From Dicyema japonicum (Eukaryota; Animalia; Dicyemida): 50,393 nucleotides of DNA. The notes under the pieces are model-generated. The model was not told the DNA's origin, ran no database searches, and saw only the letters and a program-made list of their open reading frames with translations. Shown here in pieces: positions 1-12,239 of this stretch. Within the stretch, counting starts at the first letter, position 1. Each line of letters starts with the position of its first letter. The DNA lies in assembly GCA_011109175.1 (NCBI GenBank), contig RDEW01000002.1:633459-683851 (forward strand), in the 5' to 3' direction. A program made the translations under genes and the position numbers.

Positions 1-47
1 CTATTATATTTTATTCACTTGTTGAAATATTATTTTTTAATGTTAGT

Positions 48-430
48 GTGCGTAAACAATCACGGACTATAGTACGGGAAATCAGAGGATTCAAATATGA
101 ATGGGAGAAGTTCTTTATGATTAAAATACATGGCAAAGTACATTGTTTAAAATGTCACGCAACGATGAAATCGTTAAATACCTACTCCGTCAAAAGACAT
201 TATCAACAGCACGAATCATTTTACGATTGTTATCAAGGCGATTCTAGAAAAACAAAAAGTCATTTTGTTAAAATCTTAATATTTCAAACAATCTTCATTT
301 TATAATGTGGTGCCTCTTCCAGAGTTACAAATATGGCTTCAACAAGAATTAGTCATCTTATTGCAAAGCATATGAAGCCATATACTGATGGCGGAATTCT
401 GAAGGAGGCTATTACAATATTTGCCCAAGT
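48..430 (+). mobile_element. hAT (Buster/SPIN, GTF2IRD2-like) transposase N-terminal remnant
   Basis: RGFKYEWEKFF..K.HCLKC...YSVKRHYQQH zinc-finger-like motif, followed after a frameshift by ASTRISHLIAKHMKPYTDG.ILKE. Confidence 0.7.
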
Positions 431-599
431 TCACAAAGTATCCTTGACATCTTCTATTGTACCAGCTTTTAAAGAGCTAATTGATTAATGGTGTATAAAT
501 TTACTTTTGATTTCTTTTTTATATTAATTAAGTTTAAAAAACATTGGCGGCCTCTACAAATACAATAATTTATTGATTTTCCCCTGGGTCAAAATTCTT

Positions 600-1700
600 G
601 AGAACTACTGGTATAGAGACTCTAACGATGAGTGGGAAGATACTGGAGAATGAGTGAAAGCCTTGAGAATTCCAATTTTCTTTTGGATCCTCGCAATTAC
701 TAGGTCCACTTGATGAGTAAATGTGAGGAGGAGATCCAGGATGATTCCAAGGATTGAAAAAGTCCTCTTAATGGGAAGCGGGGAGTCATACAAGTTTATT
801 CGATGTGTTGCCCTTATTTCTTTACGTGCTGAGGTAAACGTCATTACATGTGACAACCTTTGCACAGGTTGATATGATAGATTCCACATGGGCTGAAAAG
901 CAGAGAAAAATCAAAAGTTACTCCCAGCATCTTCTGCGATTTCTTTTGTGGTATAGGTACTCCATTTAACGTGACATCAATTGTTTGCGTTCCCATTGTT
1001 TCTATTCTTAGTAAATAGAGTGACTGCTGACTTTTCGGAACATGCATTTAATCGTGTTTTATCCGATTGTGGTCGAGACAACTGGAGGAATAAGTAGAAA
1101 ATCGCTTCGCTTTTAAAGTGTCTCGGCTTGTGAATCCGCCTCGAATGAATTTGGTCAATGTTTGCAAGTATGTAGACGTGGATCTCTCATTTTTGAATAC
1201 ATGTTGAAAAGTCTTTTCTGGTAAAAATTATTTTATTCTCCCAAGCACAAGCCTCTCCAGAATTTTTGACATTGGACATAGCAGTGACACCGGTCTAAAA
1301 GACACTGGGTCATCTCTCGGTCTTCCTGGTTTCAGTACTGACCGTATTAAAGCCTGTTTCCATAACAACGGTATCACATTCTGATTAATTGAATAGTTGA
1401 AAATCGACGTTAGGAAAGTGACTTTTCCGTCTCCAAAATTTTTTAATAAGATAACCGGAATGTTGTCTGGTCCGTGGGAGTATGTCGTTTTACGGAATGT
1501 ATTGTATCCCTCACCTCTCTCAGAAAAGAAGAGTGGTTCTGATATTCTCTTTAGTTTCCTGCGTGATGGTAGTGTATCAGACTTCATGTGCTCTTTGTGT
1601 GAAATTTTGTATAGAATTTTATTAAGTTGTTCACATCACTTTGAACATAGTCCTCAGTGAGCATCCAGTTGTATTCATCGTTGACAAAATAAAATCTTTT
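600..1700 (-). mobile_element. Decayed non-LTR retrotransposon RT (Ingi/Vingi-like)
   Basis: Fragments GPDNIPVILLKN, WKQALIRSVLKPG..DPVSFRPVSLLCPMSKILER and LGVTFD; frameshifted. Confidence 0.8.
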
Positions 1701-1726
1701 CAAATCAATAAGATCTATTTGATACC

Positions 1727-2640
1727 TTTCTTTTGGTTTTAACGCTATGATATGATGTCCTTCATCATTTTTCGATTAAAATATTACCAAAAAACAAACT
1801 TTTAAAGGAGTAGAAAACTTACAGATTTCACAGGAATTAATTACTATGCGGATAACACTTTTTTTAATGTGGAAGTAGTGTTTATTTGCAGAGATCCTCC
1901 ATTTTATTCATTCCAAGATGATTCTGGTTATAAAAAAAAGATTAAAGAAAAAATCGAAAGTCATAGCTACAGAAGAAAATTTAATGCTAAGAAGAGAATT
2001 TTGCACCAGACTTTCTACAAATAACAGAAGAAGAATTTTGTATTTAAAAATCGAAAGTCATAGTTACAGAAGAAAACTTAATGCTAAGAAGAGAATTTTG
2101 CACCAGACTTTCTACAAATAACAGAAGAAGAATTTTGTATTTTGATAAAAGTGGTTTTAATCTCCACAGATCAATAAATTACAGATATTCACCCGTAAAT
2201 GCTGATCCAATTTTATTACATCCATCATCAAAAAGGAAAAATATGTCATTACGCTCAATTGTGTCAAGAGAAGGTATAGAATATGAAGAAACTATAAACG
2301 GTGCATATAATTCTGAGTTGTTCCTCAGATATAAAAAATCTCGGCTTGTTTAACAATAATCTAATATTGATTTTGGATAATTGTTTGATTCACAAAACGA
2401 AGACAGCGAAAGATATATTAAATAATTCAGGTGCAGAAATAATCTTTTTACCTCCTTATTCTCCGGACTAGAGATAAAATCAGATTTAATTAATATCAGG
2501 CCTCGGGCACAAACAAGAATCGAATTAAAAAATAACCTAATGGCTGTTTTGAATAATATAAAAAAAATTTAATCAATTTTTACTCACATATGTGGGATAC
2601 CGTATATTCAACACTTAATTCAAACGATGATAGTTAGTTT
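1727..2640 (+). mobile_element. Tc1/IS630-like DDE transposase pseudogene (copy 1)
   Basis: YFDKSGFNL, ILDNCLIH and FLPPYSPD motifs; paralog of 9163-9832; carries an internal 97-nt tandem duplication. Confidence 0.8.
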
Positions 2641-2820
2641 CATTACATTCGTACATTACTTTTTGATAAAAATTTCTAGTTTCATTACTTTTTATTTTTT
2701 AAATAGATTTCTGACATATACCACTATCAAAAATTTAATTTTTTATATTAATTAATACATTTTTTATATTTGTTAATAATTTTTTATATTAATACATTTT
2801 TATATATCTTAATTTTTTAA

Positions 2821-3030
2821 AATAATAATAACAGCCTTTTTCACGGAGCCGTGGTATTAGCTACGCATAGGCAGGACACAAACTTTATTTAAGTAAAGAA
2901 CAGTTATTTTTAACTAATCTTATAACCGATGAATGATCTTCACTTCTATTTTCTTTTTCTTGTGTGTGGGTCCTTTCTAGACAATCCAGTTCCGCAGTGA
3001 GAGTCCACTGATGACGGCGTCGATCGTCAA
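2821..3030 (-). mobile_element. SINE family copy, 5'-truncated, with (TTA)n tail
   Basis: Matches 16420-16590 and 48229-48433, including the GTCATCAGTG-N-CACTGCGGAACTGG core and TTCTTTACTTAAATAAAG. Confidence 0.75.
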
Positions 3031-3150
3031 GAACAAAAGTGGAAGAAAAATGGCCAACAAATTAGAAGAAATTTTTATGGATCACGGGCCTTTTAAATAC
3101 TTGCAATCAGACAATGGCACTCGTTTCAAGAATTACCATATCATAAACTT
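3031..3150 (+). repeat. Inverted fragment of the Ginger-like integrase
   Basis: Reverse complement of about 3725-3845 (GPFKYLQSDNGT.FKNYH). Confidence 0.75.
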
Positions 3151-3259
3151 TTTTTATATTTGTTAATAATTTTTTATATTAATTAATACTTTTTTTTTAT
3201 ATTTGTTAATAATTTTTTATATTAATAAATACTTTTTTTTATATATGTTAATAATTTTT

Positions 3260-4266
3260 AGTGAAGGATTAGGATTAGTTCCATAGTCCTTCTGAATAAG
3301 AACCTTTTAAGTAACTATAAATTGAATACACCATCTCCAATGTTAAATTCATGTTTCAATCTATGCACTCCCATCTTTTTATTATTTTTTATAAGGAGAA
3401 TTCAAGTCTCCCGAGGAAAATCAAATTTGTAATCACCTTTTGTAAAATTATAAACAAAAAACCTTTACTTTATGTTTCGGGGATGTCTTTACCGTCAGTC
3501 TCTGTTAATTCACCATTATTATCTACAGTTTCCAAGTTGTCTGAGTTAGGTGTTTGATTGTATAAAAACACAGCCTTTCGAATGTGCTTTATCCACTCTT
3601 TCTTGTCATCCGAACCCATCATTTTCGATAAACTCAGTGAGATCGTCTGATTGAATCTTTCAACAATTTCTCGACTCTGGGGATTGTTGGGTCGTCCATG
3701 AATTTGAATAATTCTAACTCTTAACAAGTTTTATGATATGGTAATTCTTGAACTCCGTGCCATTGTCTGATTGCAAGTATTTACAAGGCCCGTGATCCAT
3801 AAAAATTATTCTAATTTGTTGGCAATCTCTCTTCCACTTTGTTCAGCAGATTCTTGATGGATGCATATTTTAAATATTTGTCTACTAAGACAATAACCAA
3901 GAAAATGATCATTATAATTCTCAAATCTACAATAATAACTAATAAAGTTTAAACCTTTTAAGATATTCAGATCAATTAGAAATCTCTCATTAGGAAAATC
4001 AGCAACAATAAACTAAAATCGTCATATTGTTTGAGAGGCACTGCAAACTTGCAAACTTTTTTGACGAATCACAGTTCTATTGATAGCGCAAAATCTCCTA
4101 CGACAAAACGCATCCAAACGTTGTTCCACAATGATTTGTCTAGTGAATCTCCTGAGCAATAGTCCTCATTTCTTCTGCACTAGTTAGGGGTATCAAAAGT
4201 TTGTGAAGTCTGTTAACAGCTTTCAAATAAAGCTTTTCATCAATAACAATAAAATTTCCAGATTTC
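3260..4266 (-). mobile_element. Gypsy-like integrase pseudogene (Ginger-type DNA transposon), copy 1
   Basis: QSDNGTEF and HGRPNNPQS..IVERFNQT DDE motifs; no gag or RT nearby; 5' part deleted and fused to GT14 sequence at about 4263. Confidence 0.7.
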
Positions 4267-4840
4267 ATACCCAATCTCTCAAGATGAGCAAGCTAATCCA
4301 CTGGCCTACTTGTTGATTGTTTTCAGAAACTCGAAACAAGTAGAACAACTGCTCAGAACAATTTATAGAACAAATAACCTTTATTGTATCCACGTGGACA
4401 GAAAATCCGGTTCAGAATTTCTACAAAGTATTAAAAATTTCACAAGCTGTTTCCCAAATGTGATTGTCGTTAATACTCATGACGTCAAATGGGGGACAAT
4501 CACTACATTGCTCGCAGAAATAAAATGCATGGAATTACTCTACGAAAGTTCGACTGATTGGAAATACATAATAAATCTAACAGGAGAAGAATTCCCATTG
4601 AAATCTAATAAGGAAATTGTAAGAATAACGAAAGCTCTCAACGGATCTAATTGGATGGAGAATTCTAAAATATTACCGTATATTTTGATTTGGGATTATT
4701 TCAGAAAATACAGATATGAATACAAGGACGATAATTTTTAAAGTGGAATTAAACTATACAAGGCAGGTTTACATGGTGTCTTTTGTCGGGGATTTGTCGA
4801 TTTTATATTGAAAAATGAAACTTCCTTTGAATTACTTAAA
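4263..4840 (+). pseudogene. GT14 core-2/I-branching glycosyltransferase internal fragment
   Basis: YCIHVDRKS and WKYIINLTGEEFPLK motifs; truncated at both ends; in-frame TAA at 4739-4741. Confidence 0.9.
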
Positions 4841-4844
4841 TCTA

Positions 4845-6155
4845 TAAGATTCATTGACTTCATTCGAATCCAATTTTTAAAGGCAATCTAGAGTAGACGG
4901 ATTATAATCTGCATGAAATTTGTTGGCAATAATAGCTTTACTATTAACAGCATATTGTAAATCCTGTGCTCCCAAAATACATACACCACGAGCAAAGAAG
5001 CCATAGCACCCTGTAAACCATTGTTTGTAGCGATTTCTTATTTGTGGTTCAAGCTTTAAAGGATCGATGTTGGCTCAAATATTAATATATGCTACCTGAC
5101 AATGATCCTGGAACTTTCAAAATTTTGGAATTATAGTTTAATGTTGCATAAAATGTTTCATCAGGAAAATCTGTGCCTTCCAACCATTTAAGTAATTCAG
5201 ATATATGCTACCTGACAATGATCCTGGAACTTTCAAAATTTTGGAATTATAGTTTAATGTTGCATAAAATGTTTCATCCGGACAATGTGTGTTTTCCAAC
5301 CATTTAAGTAATTCAGAGGAAGTTTCATTTTTCAATATAAAGTCGACAAATCCACGACAAAAGACACCATGCAAACTTGCTTTGTATAGTTTAATTTCAT
5401 GTCTAAATTCTACGGCCTTTATTTCATATCTGAATTTTCTAAAATAATCCCAAATCAAAATATACGGTAATATTTTTGGATTCTCCATCCAATTAGATCC
5501 GTTGAGAGCTTTCGTAATTCTTACAATTTCCTTATTAGATTTCAATGGGAATTCTTCTCCTGTTAGATTTATTATGTATTTCCAATCAGTCGAACGTTCG
5601 TAGAGTAATTCCATGCATTTTATTTCTGCCAGCAATGTAGTGATTGTCCCCCATTCGACGTCATATGTATTAACGACAATCACATTTGGGAGACAGCTTG
5701 TGAAACTTTTAATACTTTGTAGAAATTCTGAACCGGATTATCTGTCCACGTAAATACAATAAAGGTTATTTGTTCTATAAATTGTTCTGAGTAGTTGTTC
5801 GACTTGTCTCGAGTTTCTGTAAACAATCAACAAGTAGGCCAGTGGATTAGCTTGCTCCTCTTGAGAGATCGGATATGAAAAATATCCACTTGATTTTTGC
5901 GTCTTTAGTACAGTTTGTGACCCGAATATTACTCAAACGTATTTTGTTTGATTCTTCCTTTAACTTTGAAATCACTTCAAGATTCCCTTTCAATAGTAAT
6001 TGACAAGTCGTATGATTGATATTAAAAGACACATTCGTCTTAGTCAGTTTGTGAATCAAAAATATCAAAATGATAGTTATTGATAAAATCTTAAACCTTT
6101 TATTATTAACCAAAGAGATGTAAAAAGTTAACCTTATTTGTAGAATCCTTATCAT
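4845..6155 (-). pseudogene. GT14 core-2/I-branching glycosyltransferase pseudogene
   Basis: Near-full paralog of 18449-19709 with a frameshift near 5905, a nonsense codon near 5738, a 116-nt internal duplication and a truncated C-terminus. Confidence 0.88.
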
Positions 6156-6308
6156 TCTCAAATTTGATTTCTTTAATTCTTTCGCAAATAAAAAATATTT
6201 ATTGACCTAATTACCATTTTTAGAATGATTTAAGGTTAACCATTTCGGAATAACATATTAATTGTTAAATATTATTATAATTATAATTAATTTATATTAG
6301 TTAATATT

Positions 6309-6683
6309 TCGAGCGAGGGCGAAACCTTGTGTAGGATGTGACCTGTGTCTGCTCTTTCGCCCAAAGCAAAAAAAATAATTCACCTGGCAGACTTTCTTCT
6401 CAAGCAAAGGAAATGAAAAATCTAAGTATTCGGATATCAGCGACAGATACATTTTCGCACCTGTCGCGATTGAAACTTCGGGGAACTTTGGTCCTAAAAC
6501 GCTGAAGTTCTTGAATCATTTTGGAAAACTACTATCCGACAAAACTGGTGATCTTCGTGAGACGAGATAGCTCAAGGAGAGGCTCTCGTTGGCTGTTGTC
6601 CGTGGGAATAGCTTATGCATCTTACAACAGCTGAATAATTAAAATTAAAATTAACTAATCTTTTCCCTTATAATAAAATAAAT
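6309..6683 (+). mobile_element. 5'-truncated CRE-like (REL-endonuclease) retrotransposon with 9-bp TSD GTTAATATT
   Basis: Translates to KYSDISDRYIFAPVAIETSGNFG..LKERLSLAVVRGN. TSD at 6300-6308 and 6684-6692; the empty site is visible in the paralog at about 13960-13985. Confidence 0.8.
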
Positions 6684-7719
6684 GTTAATATTAGAAAATA
6701 AGTTTTTGTCGCTGGGTTCTTCACTGACAGATTACAAAGTGGACTTCACGATTCTAAGAAACAAAATTAATTAAATCAATACCTACATCTCGAGACGTGT
6801 TTATTTCTATGAATAATTTGTTTGTTTGGCAAGAAACATTGGTCTAAATGAATTCACTTTTCAACTAGATTTGTTTCCTTGTCATCGATCAGTATTGACA
6901 TCTAAGTTTTTTTTAATTACATCCCAATTCTTGACAGACCGCCGCAATCTCCAAACATTTTCTTCTCCATCCAGATTCTTCGTATGTCTGGATGGTACAC
7001 CTCAACTGTAAACTTGAGATGTTGTTTGTTCCCTTGGATTCTATTGCTTTCTGTAGATATTGAACAAAACCCATTTATGCACCTCATTGCTAACGGTATA
7101 AAAACAAAGATTCTGGAGTTACGATGTCTATCATCAAAACACAAGATTGACATTTGCCATATCCAGGATACGAAATTTTTTACAGAGAGTACAACCCCAC
7201 TTGTTCCTGGATACAACTCTATCAGAATAGACCGAATTGGACATGGTGGCGGCTTACTTATCATTATTTAAAACGGTATATCCTTCCACGATGTGAGCTC
7301 GCAAGTGAATGATTTAAATCTACACGACAGGACCGCGCGACAAATTTATATTGATCTTATTAATGGGTCAGATCATATAATTCTAATCAACATTTACATT
7401 CCACTGCCGGGATCCAGTTTTAATAACTATGTTCAGAAGCTCGACAGACTACAAGAAATTCAAATGTGTTACTATGTTGAGATTTCAACGCCAAACATCC
7501 GCAATGGTTCAGTACCCAGTTGGCAGACAAGAGGGGACTCTAATTAACGACTCTTTCGAAAAACTGTTGATTCTGAATCACCCGAACATCTTCACAAGGA
7601 CACCAGTCCGAAGAAATGATAACCCAACCACCCCCGACAAATCCTTTGTCTCCTCTAGAATTGCCCCGAAAATTTCATGGAACGTCTCCTACAATTTTCA
7701 TAATGATCATAATAGTTGA
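6684..7719 (+). mobile_element. Ingi/Vingi-like LINE family A, 5' part (damaged 2A + APE endonuclease)
   Basis: WILLLSVDIEQNP (GP deleted), DICHIQDTK and GYNSIRIDRIGHGGGLL APE motifs. Confidence 0.8.
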
Positions 7720-8129
7720 GGGAATACTGAATCTCCTTGCAGAATTCCACGTCCCAGTATTACAGAACCAATTCTTCTTCCTATCTAAGTGTAAATTTAC
7801 AGTTTACTTCTTGACTATGGTCCTTACAAAGTTAACAATTCAACAGGTATTCCTGAACAGTCCAATACATGAAATAAAAATTCATGGTCAACAGAATCAA
7901 AAGCCTTATTCACATCAACCCAAGCAAACTAAAGGGTGTTTCCATACTTTTTATTTAAGTGCTCCACTTAAAAGTTCCAAATTTGGAAATTACCACATAA
8001 AAATTATGCCATTTTCCAAACTACCCTAAAAACCAGAGGTTTCCTCAAAAGTTAAAGTTTCCCAAGCCCCAAATGGAAGTCATATTGAAATAATATTCGC
8101 ACTTTCCGAGGAGCAATATCAGTTTTCGC

Positions 8130-8394
8130 TCTCAACAGGCAGAAAACACTATTAATTTTAAGCAAAGAATAGTTATAACGGCTAATCGAAGGAGGAATGC
8201 TCTTCACTTTGTTGTTTTCATTTTGTTCGGTGTATGTCCTTTATAGACAAGCCTGTTCCGCAGTAAAATTCACTGATAACGACGTCAATCGTCAAGACAA
8301 AGCATATTGATGCATGGAACATTCAACCGAAATGTGCAGTAAAGAGATTCGAACATATGACATCAGGACTCATGCTTGGCAGCCGTTCACTGCC
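8130..8394 (-). mobile_element. tRNA-headed SINE copy running into the gap
   Basis: Near-identical to 16836-17113; B-box GTTCGAATC. Confidence 0.75.
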
Positions 8395-9162
8395 NNNNNN
8401 NNNNNNNNNNNNNNNNNNNNNNNNNNNNNNNNNNNNNNNNNNNNNNNNNNNNNNNNNNNNNNNNNNNNNNNNNNNNNNNNNNNNNNNNNNNNNNNNNNNN
8501 NNNNNNNNNNNNNNNNNNNNNNNNNNNNNNNNNNNNNNNNNNNNNNNNNNNNNNNNNNNNNNNNNNNNNNNNNNNNNNNNNNNNNNNNNNNNNNNNNNNN
8601 NNNNNNNNNNNNNNNNNNNNNNNNNNNNNNNNNNNNNNNNNNNNNNNNNNNNNNNNNNNNNNNNNNNNNNNNNNNNNNNNNNNNNNNNNNNNNNNNNNNN
8701 NNNNNNNNNNNNNNNNNNNNNNNNNNNNNNNNNNNNNNNNNNNNNNNNNNNNNNNNNNNNNNNNNNNNNNNNNNNNNNNNNNNNNNNNNNNNNNNNNNNN
8801 NNNNNNNNNNNNNNNNNNNNNNNNNNNNNNNNNNNNNNNNNNNNNNNNNNNNNNNNNNNNNNNNNNNNNNNNNNNNNNNNNNNNNNNNNNNNNNNNNNNN
8901 NNNNNNNNNNNNNNNNNNNNNNNNNNNNNNNNNNNNNNNNNNNNNNNNNNNNNNNNNNNNNNNNNNNNNNNNNNNNNNNNNNNNNNNNNNNNNNNNNNNN
9001 NNNNNNNNNNNNNNNNNNNNNNNNNNNNNNNNNNNNNNNNNNNNNNNNNNNNNNNNNNNNNNNNNNNNNNNNNNNNNNNNNNNNNNNNNNNNNNNNNNNN
9101 NNNNNNNNNNNNNNNNNNNNNNNNNNNNNNNNNNNNNNNNNNNNNNNNNNNNNNNNNNNNNN
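8395..9162. other. Assembly gap (N run)
   Basis: Ns in the sequence. Confidence 1.
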
Positions 9163-9832
9163 TCCATTTTATTCATTCCAAGATGATTCTGGTTATAAAA
9201 AAAAGATTAAAGAAAAAATCGAAAGTCATAGCTACAGAAGAAAATTTAATGCTAAGAAGAAAATTTTGCACCAGACTTTCTACAAATAACAGAAGAAGAA
9301 TTTTGTATTTAGATGAAAGTGGTTTTAATCTCCACACATCAATAAATTACAGATATTCACCCGTAAATGCTGATCCAATTTTATTACAGCCATCATCAAA
9401 AAGGAAAAATATGTCATTATGCTCAATTGTGTCAAGAGAAGGTATAGAATATGAAGAAACTATAAACGGTGAATATAATTCTGAGTTGTACCTCAGATAT
9501 AAAAAATCTCGGCTTGTTTAACAATAATCTAATATTGATTTTGGATAATTGTTTGATTCACAGAACGAAGACAGCGAAAGATATATTAAATAATTCAGGT
9601 GCAGAAATAATCTTTTTACATCCTTATTCTCCGGACTTAAATCCAATTGAGACTTTATTTTCAGAGATAAAATCAGATTTAATTAATATCAGGCCTCGTG
9701 CACAAACAAGAATCGAATTAAAAAATAACCTAATGGCTGTTTTGAATAATATAAAAAATTTAATCAATTATTACTCACATATGTGGAATACCATATATTC
9801 AACACTTAATTAAAACGATGATAGTTAGTTTC
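9163..9832 (+). mobile_element. Tc1/IS630-like DDE transposase pseudogene (copy 2)
   Basis: YLDESGFNL, ILDNCLIH and PYSPDLNPIE catalytic motifs; one frameshift near 9500. Confidence 0.85.
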
Positions 9833-10863
9833 GTGAGATCGTCTGATTGAATCTTTCAACAATCCCTTGACTCTGGGGATTGTTGGGTCGTCCATGAATT
9901 TGAATAATTCTGACACTTGACAAGTTTTATGATATGGTAATTCTTGAACTCAGTGCCATTGTCTGATTGCAAGTATTTAAAAGGCCCGTGATCCATAAAA
10001 AATTATTCTAATTTGTTGGCCACCTCTCTTCCACTTTTGTTCAGTAGATTCTTGATGGATGCATATTTTAAATATATATCTACTAAGACAATAACCAAGA
10101 AAATGATCATTATAATTCTCAAATCTACAATAATAACTAATAAAGTTTAAACCTTTTTAAAGATATTCAGATCAATTAGAAATCTCTCATTAGGAAAATC
10201 AGCAACAATATAACTAAAATCGTCATATTGTTTGAGAGCCAGTGCAAACTTTCAAACATTGCAGTTTTTTTGACGAATAACAGTTCTATTGATAGCGCAA
10301 AATCTCCCACGACAAAACGCATCCAGACGTTGTGTCCACAGTGATTTGTCTGGTGAATCTCCTGATCAATAGTCCTCATTTCTTCTGCACTAGTTAGGGG
10401 TATCACAAGTTTGTGAAGTCTGTTAACAGCTTTCAAATAAAGCTTTTCATCAATAACAATAAAATTTACAGATTTCTTTTTAATTCGGTACCTCATTTGT
10501 TTCACAATATTTACATCCTCATTATTAAAGATGGATTTTAGAAGTAGGTACTCTTCATAATCTTTGAGAACAGTCTTGCTACTAGGCATCAGGTCAAGGT
10601 GACAAATTTTTCTAGCGTAAATTATTATTTAATATTAAATAAAAAGTTAGCTAGACAAAAATTGGTGTAAATTTTTAATAAAATAATTTAATAATAATTA
10701 TTAATATTATCGTAGAATTAATCTTTATATCGGAATCTAATAATTTAAAAAATAGAAAAAATTATCTAATTGATTCAATATTAATTAAAATGACAGTTAT
10801 GACAGCAGATGACAGCTGTCAAAAGTAACCTCTGTGTCTCGGAAACTGCTGTGGCTCGCAACA
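9833..10863 (-). mobile_element. Ginger-like integrase-only transposon, 5' half with TGT terminus
   Basis: ORF from 10589 with an H-x3-H zinc-finger region, then IDL, QSDNGTEF and QGIVERFNQT. The element begins TGTTGCG at 10863 where homology to GT14 upstream DNA starts; subterminal TGACAG repeats. Confidence 0.65.
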
Positions 10864-11008
10864 TAATATAAATTGATTATAATAATTCTAATATTTAACA
10901 TATAAAATGTTATTCTGAAATGGTTTACGTTAGATCATTCTAAAAAAGGGTAATTAGGTCAAAAAATATTTTTTATTTGCGAAAAAATTAAAGAAATCAA
11001 ATTTGAGA

Positions 11009-12239
11009 ATGATAAGGATTCGACCAATAAGGTTAACGTATTCGATCTCTTTGGTTAAGGACAAAAAGTTTAAGATTTTTTTAATAACTATTATTTTGAT
11101 ATTTTTGACTAACAAACTGACTATGATGAATGTGACATTGATTATCAAGTATAAAACGTGTCAATTACTATTGAAAGGAAATCATGAAGTGATTTCAAAG
11201 TTGAAAGATGAAACAAACAAAGCACGTTTGAGTAATATTCGGGTCACCAACTGTGCTGAACACTCAAAATCAAGTAAATATTTTTCATACCCAATCTCTC
11301 AAGAGGAGCAAGCTAATCCACTGGCCTACTTGTTGATTGTTTACAGAAACTCGAAACAAGTAGAACAACTGCTCAGAACAATTTATAGAGCAAATAACCA
11401 TTATTGTATACACGTGGACAGAAAATCCGATTCAGAGTTTTTACAGAGTATTAAAAATTTCACAAGCTGTCTCCCAAATGTGATTGTCGTTAATACTCAT
11501 GACGTTAAATGGGGGACAATCACTACATTGCTCGCAGAAATAAAATGCATGGAATTACTCTACGAAAGTTCGACTGATTGGAAATCCATAATAAATCTAA
11601 CAGGAGAAGAATTCCCATTGAAATCAAATAAGGAAATTGTAAGAATAACGAAAGCTCTCAACGGGTCTAATTGGATGGGGAATCCCAAAATATTACCGTA
11701 TATTTTGATTTGGGATTATTTCAGAAAATACAGATATGAATACAAGGCTGATAATTTTAGAAGTGGAATTAAACTATACAAGGCAGGTTTGCATGGTGTC
11801 TTTTGTCGGGGATTTGTCGATTTTATATTGAAAAATGAAACTTCTTTTGAATTACTTAAATGGTTGGAAGGCACAGATATTCCTGATGAAACATTTTATC
11901 CAACATTAAACTATAATTCCAAAATTTTGAAAGTTCCAGGATCATTGTCAGGTACTATATATTAATATTTGAGCCAACATCAATCCTTTAAAGCTTGAAC
12001 CACAAATAGGAAATCGCTACAAACAATGGTTTACAGGGTGCTATGGCTTCTTTGTTCGAGGTGTATGTATTTTGGGAGCACAGGATTTACAATATGCTGT
12101 TAATAGTAAAGCTATTATTGCCAACAAATTTCATGCAGATTATAATCCGTCTACTCTAGAATGCCTAGAAAATTGGATTCGAATGAAGTCAATGAATCTT
12201 AATGATGAGTTTGACGACGACTACTTGGACATTTATTGA
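11009..12239 (+). CDS. GT14 beta-1,6-N-acetylglucosaminyltransferase-like (core-2/I-branching); exons 11009-11951 and 11974-12239
   Basis: N-terminal TM segment, PLAYLLIVYR, YCIHVDRKS, INLTGEEFPLK and PDE. Splicing the 22-nt intron restores RYKQW..CYGFFVRGVCILG..DL..ANKF. TGA at 12237 replaces the AGA of the 18.4 kb paralog, making this copy 10 aa shorter. Confidence 0.9.
11952..11973 (+). other. 22-nt spliceosomal intron GTACTATATATTAATATTTGAG
   Basis: GT-AG, phase 1; removes an in-frame TAA and restores the conserved GT14 C-terminus; present at the same position in paralogs. Confidence 0.85.

Noticed and set aside
2985-3035. CTGATGA flanked by hairpins, resembling a hammerhead core (also near 13095)
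   Set aside because: No GAAA after the putative stem II, stem I overlaps the core, and it is antisense to the SINE's Pol III promoter.
3140-3260. AT-rich ~35-nt repeats (also 2740-2810) as a CRISPR-like array
   Set aside because: Degenerate minisatellite without unique spacers, in a eukaryotic context with no cas genes.
8314-9521. Long ORFs spanning N runs (also 32401-33519 and 38527-39547)
   Set aside because: Their length comes from Ns.
11003-11965. 320-aa GT14 ORFs as complete single-exon genes
   Set aside because: The TTG start is not appropriate for a eukaryote and the stop lies inside a 22-nt intron; the conserved C-terminus follows.
12237-12239. TGA as selenocysteine or an alternative genetic code
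   Set aside because: The paralog has AGA here, no SECIS is seen, and TGA serves as the normal stop in the paralog; a simple nonsense change fits better.
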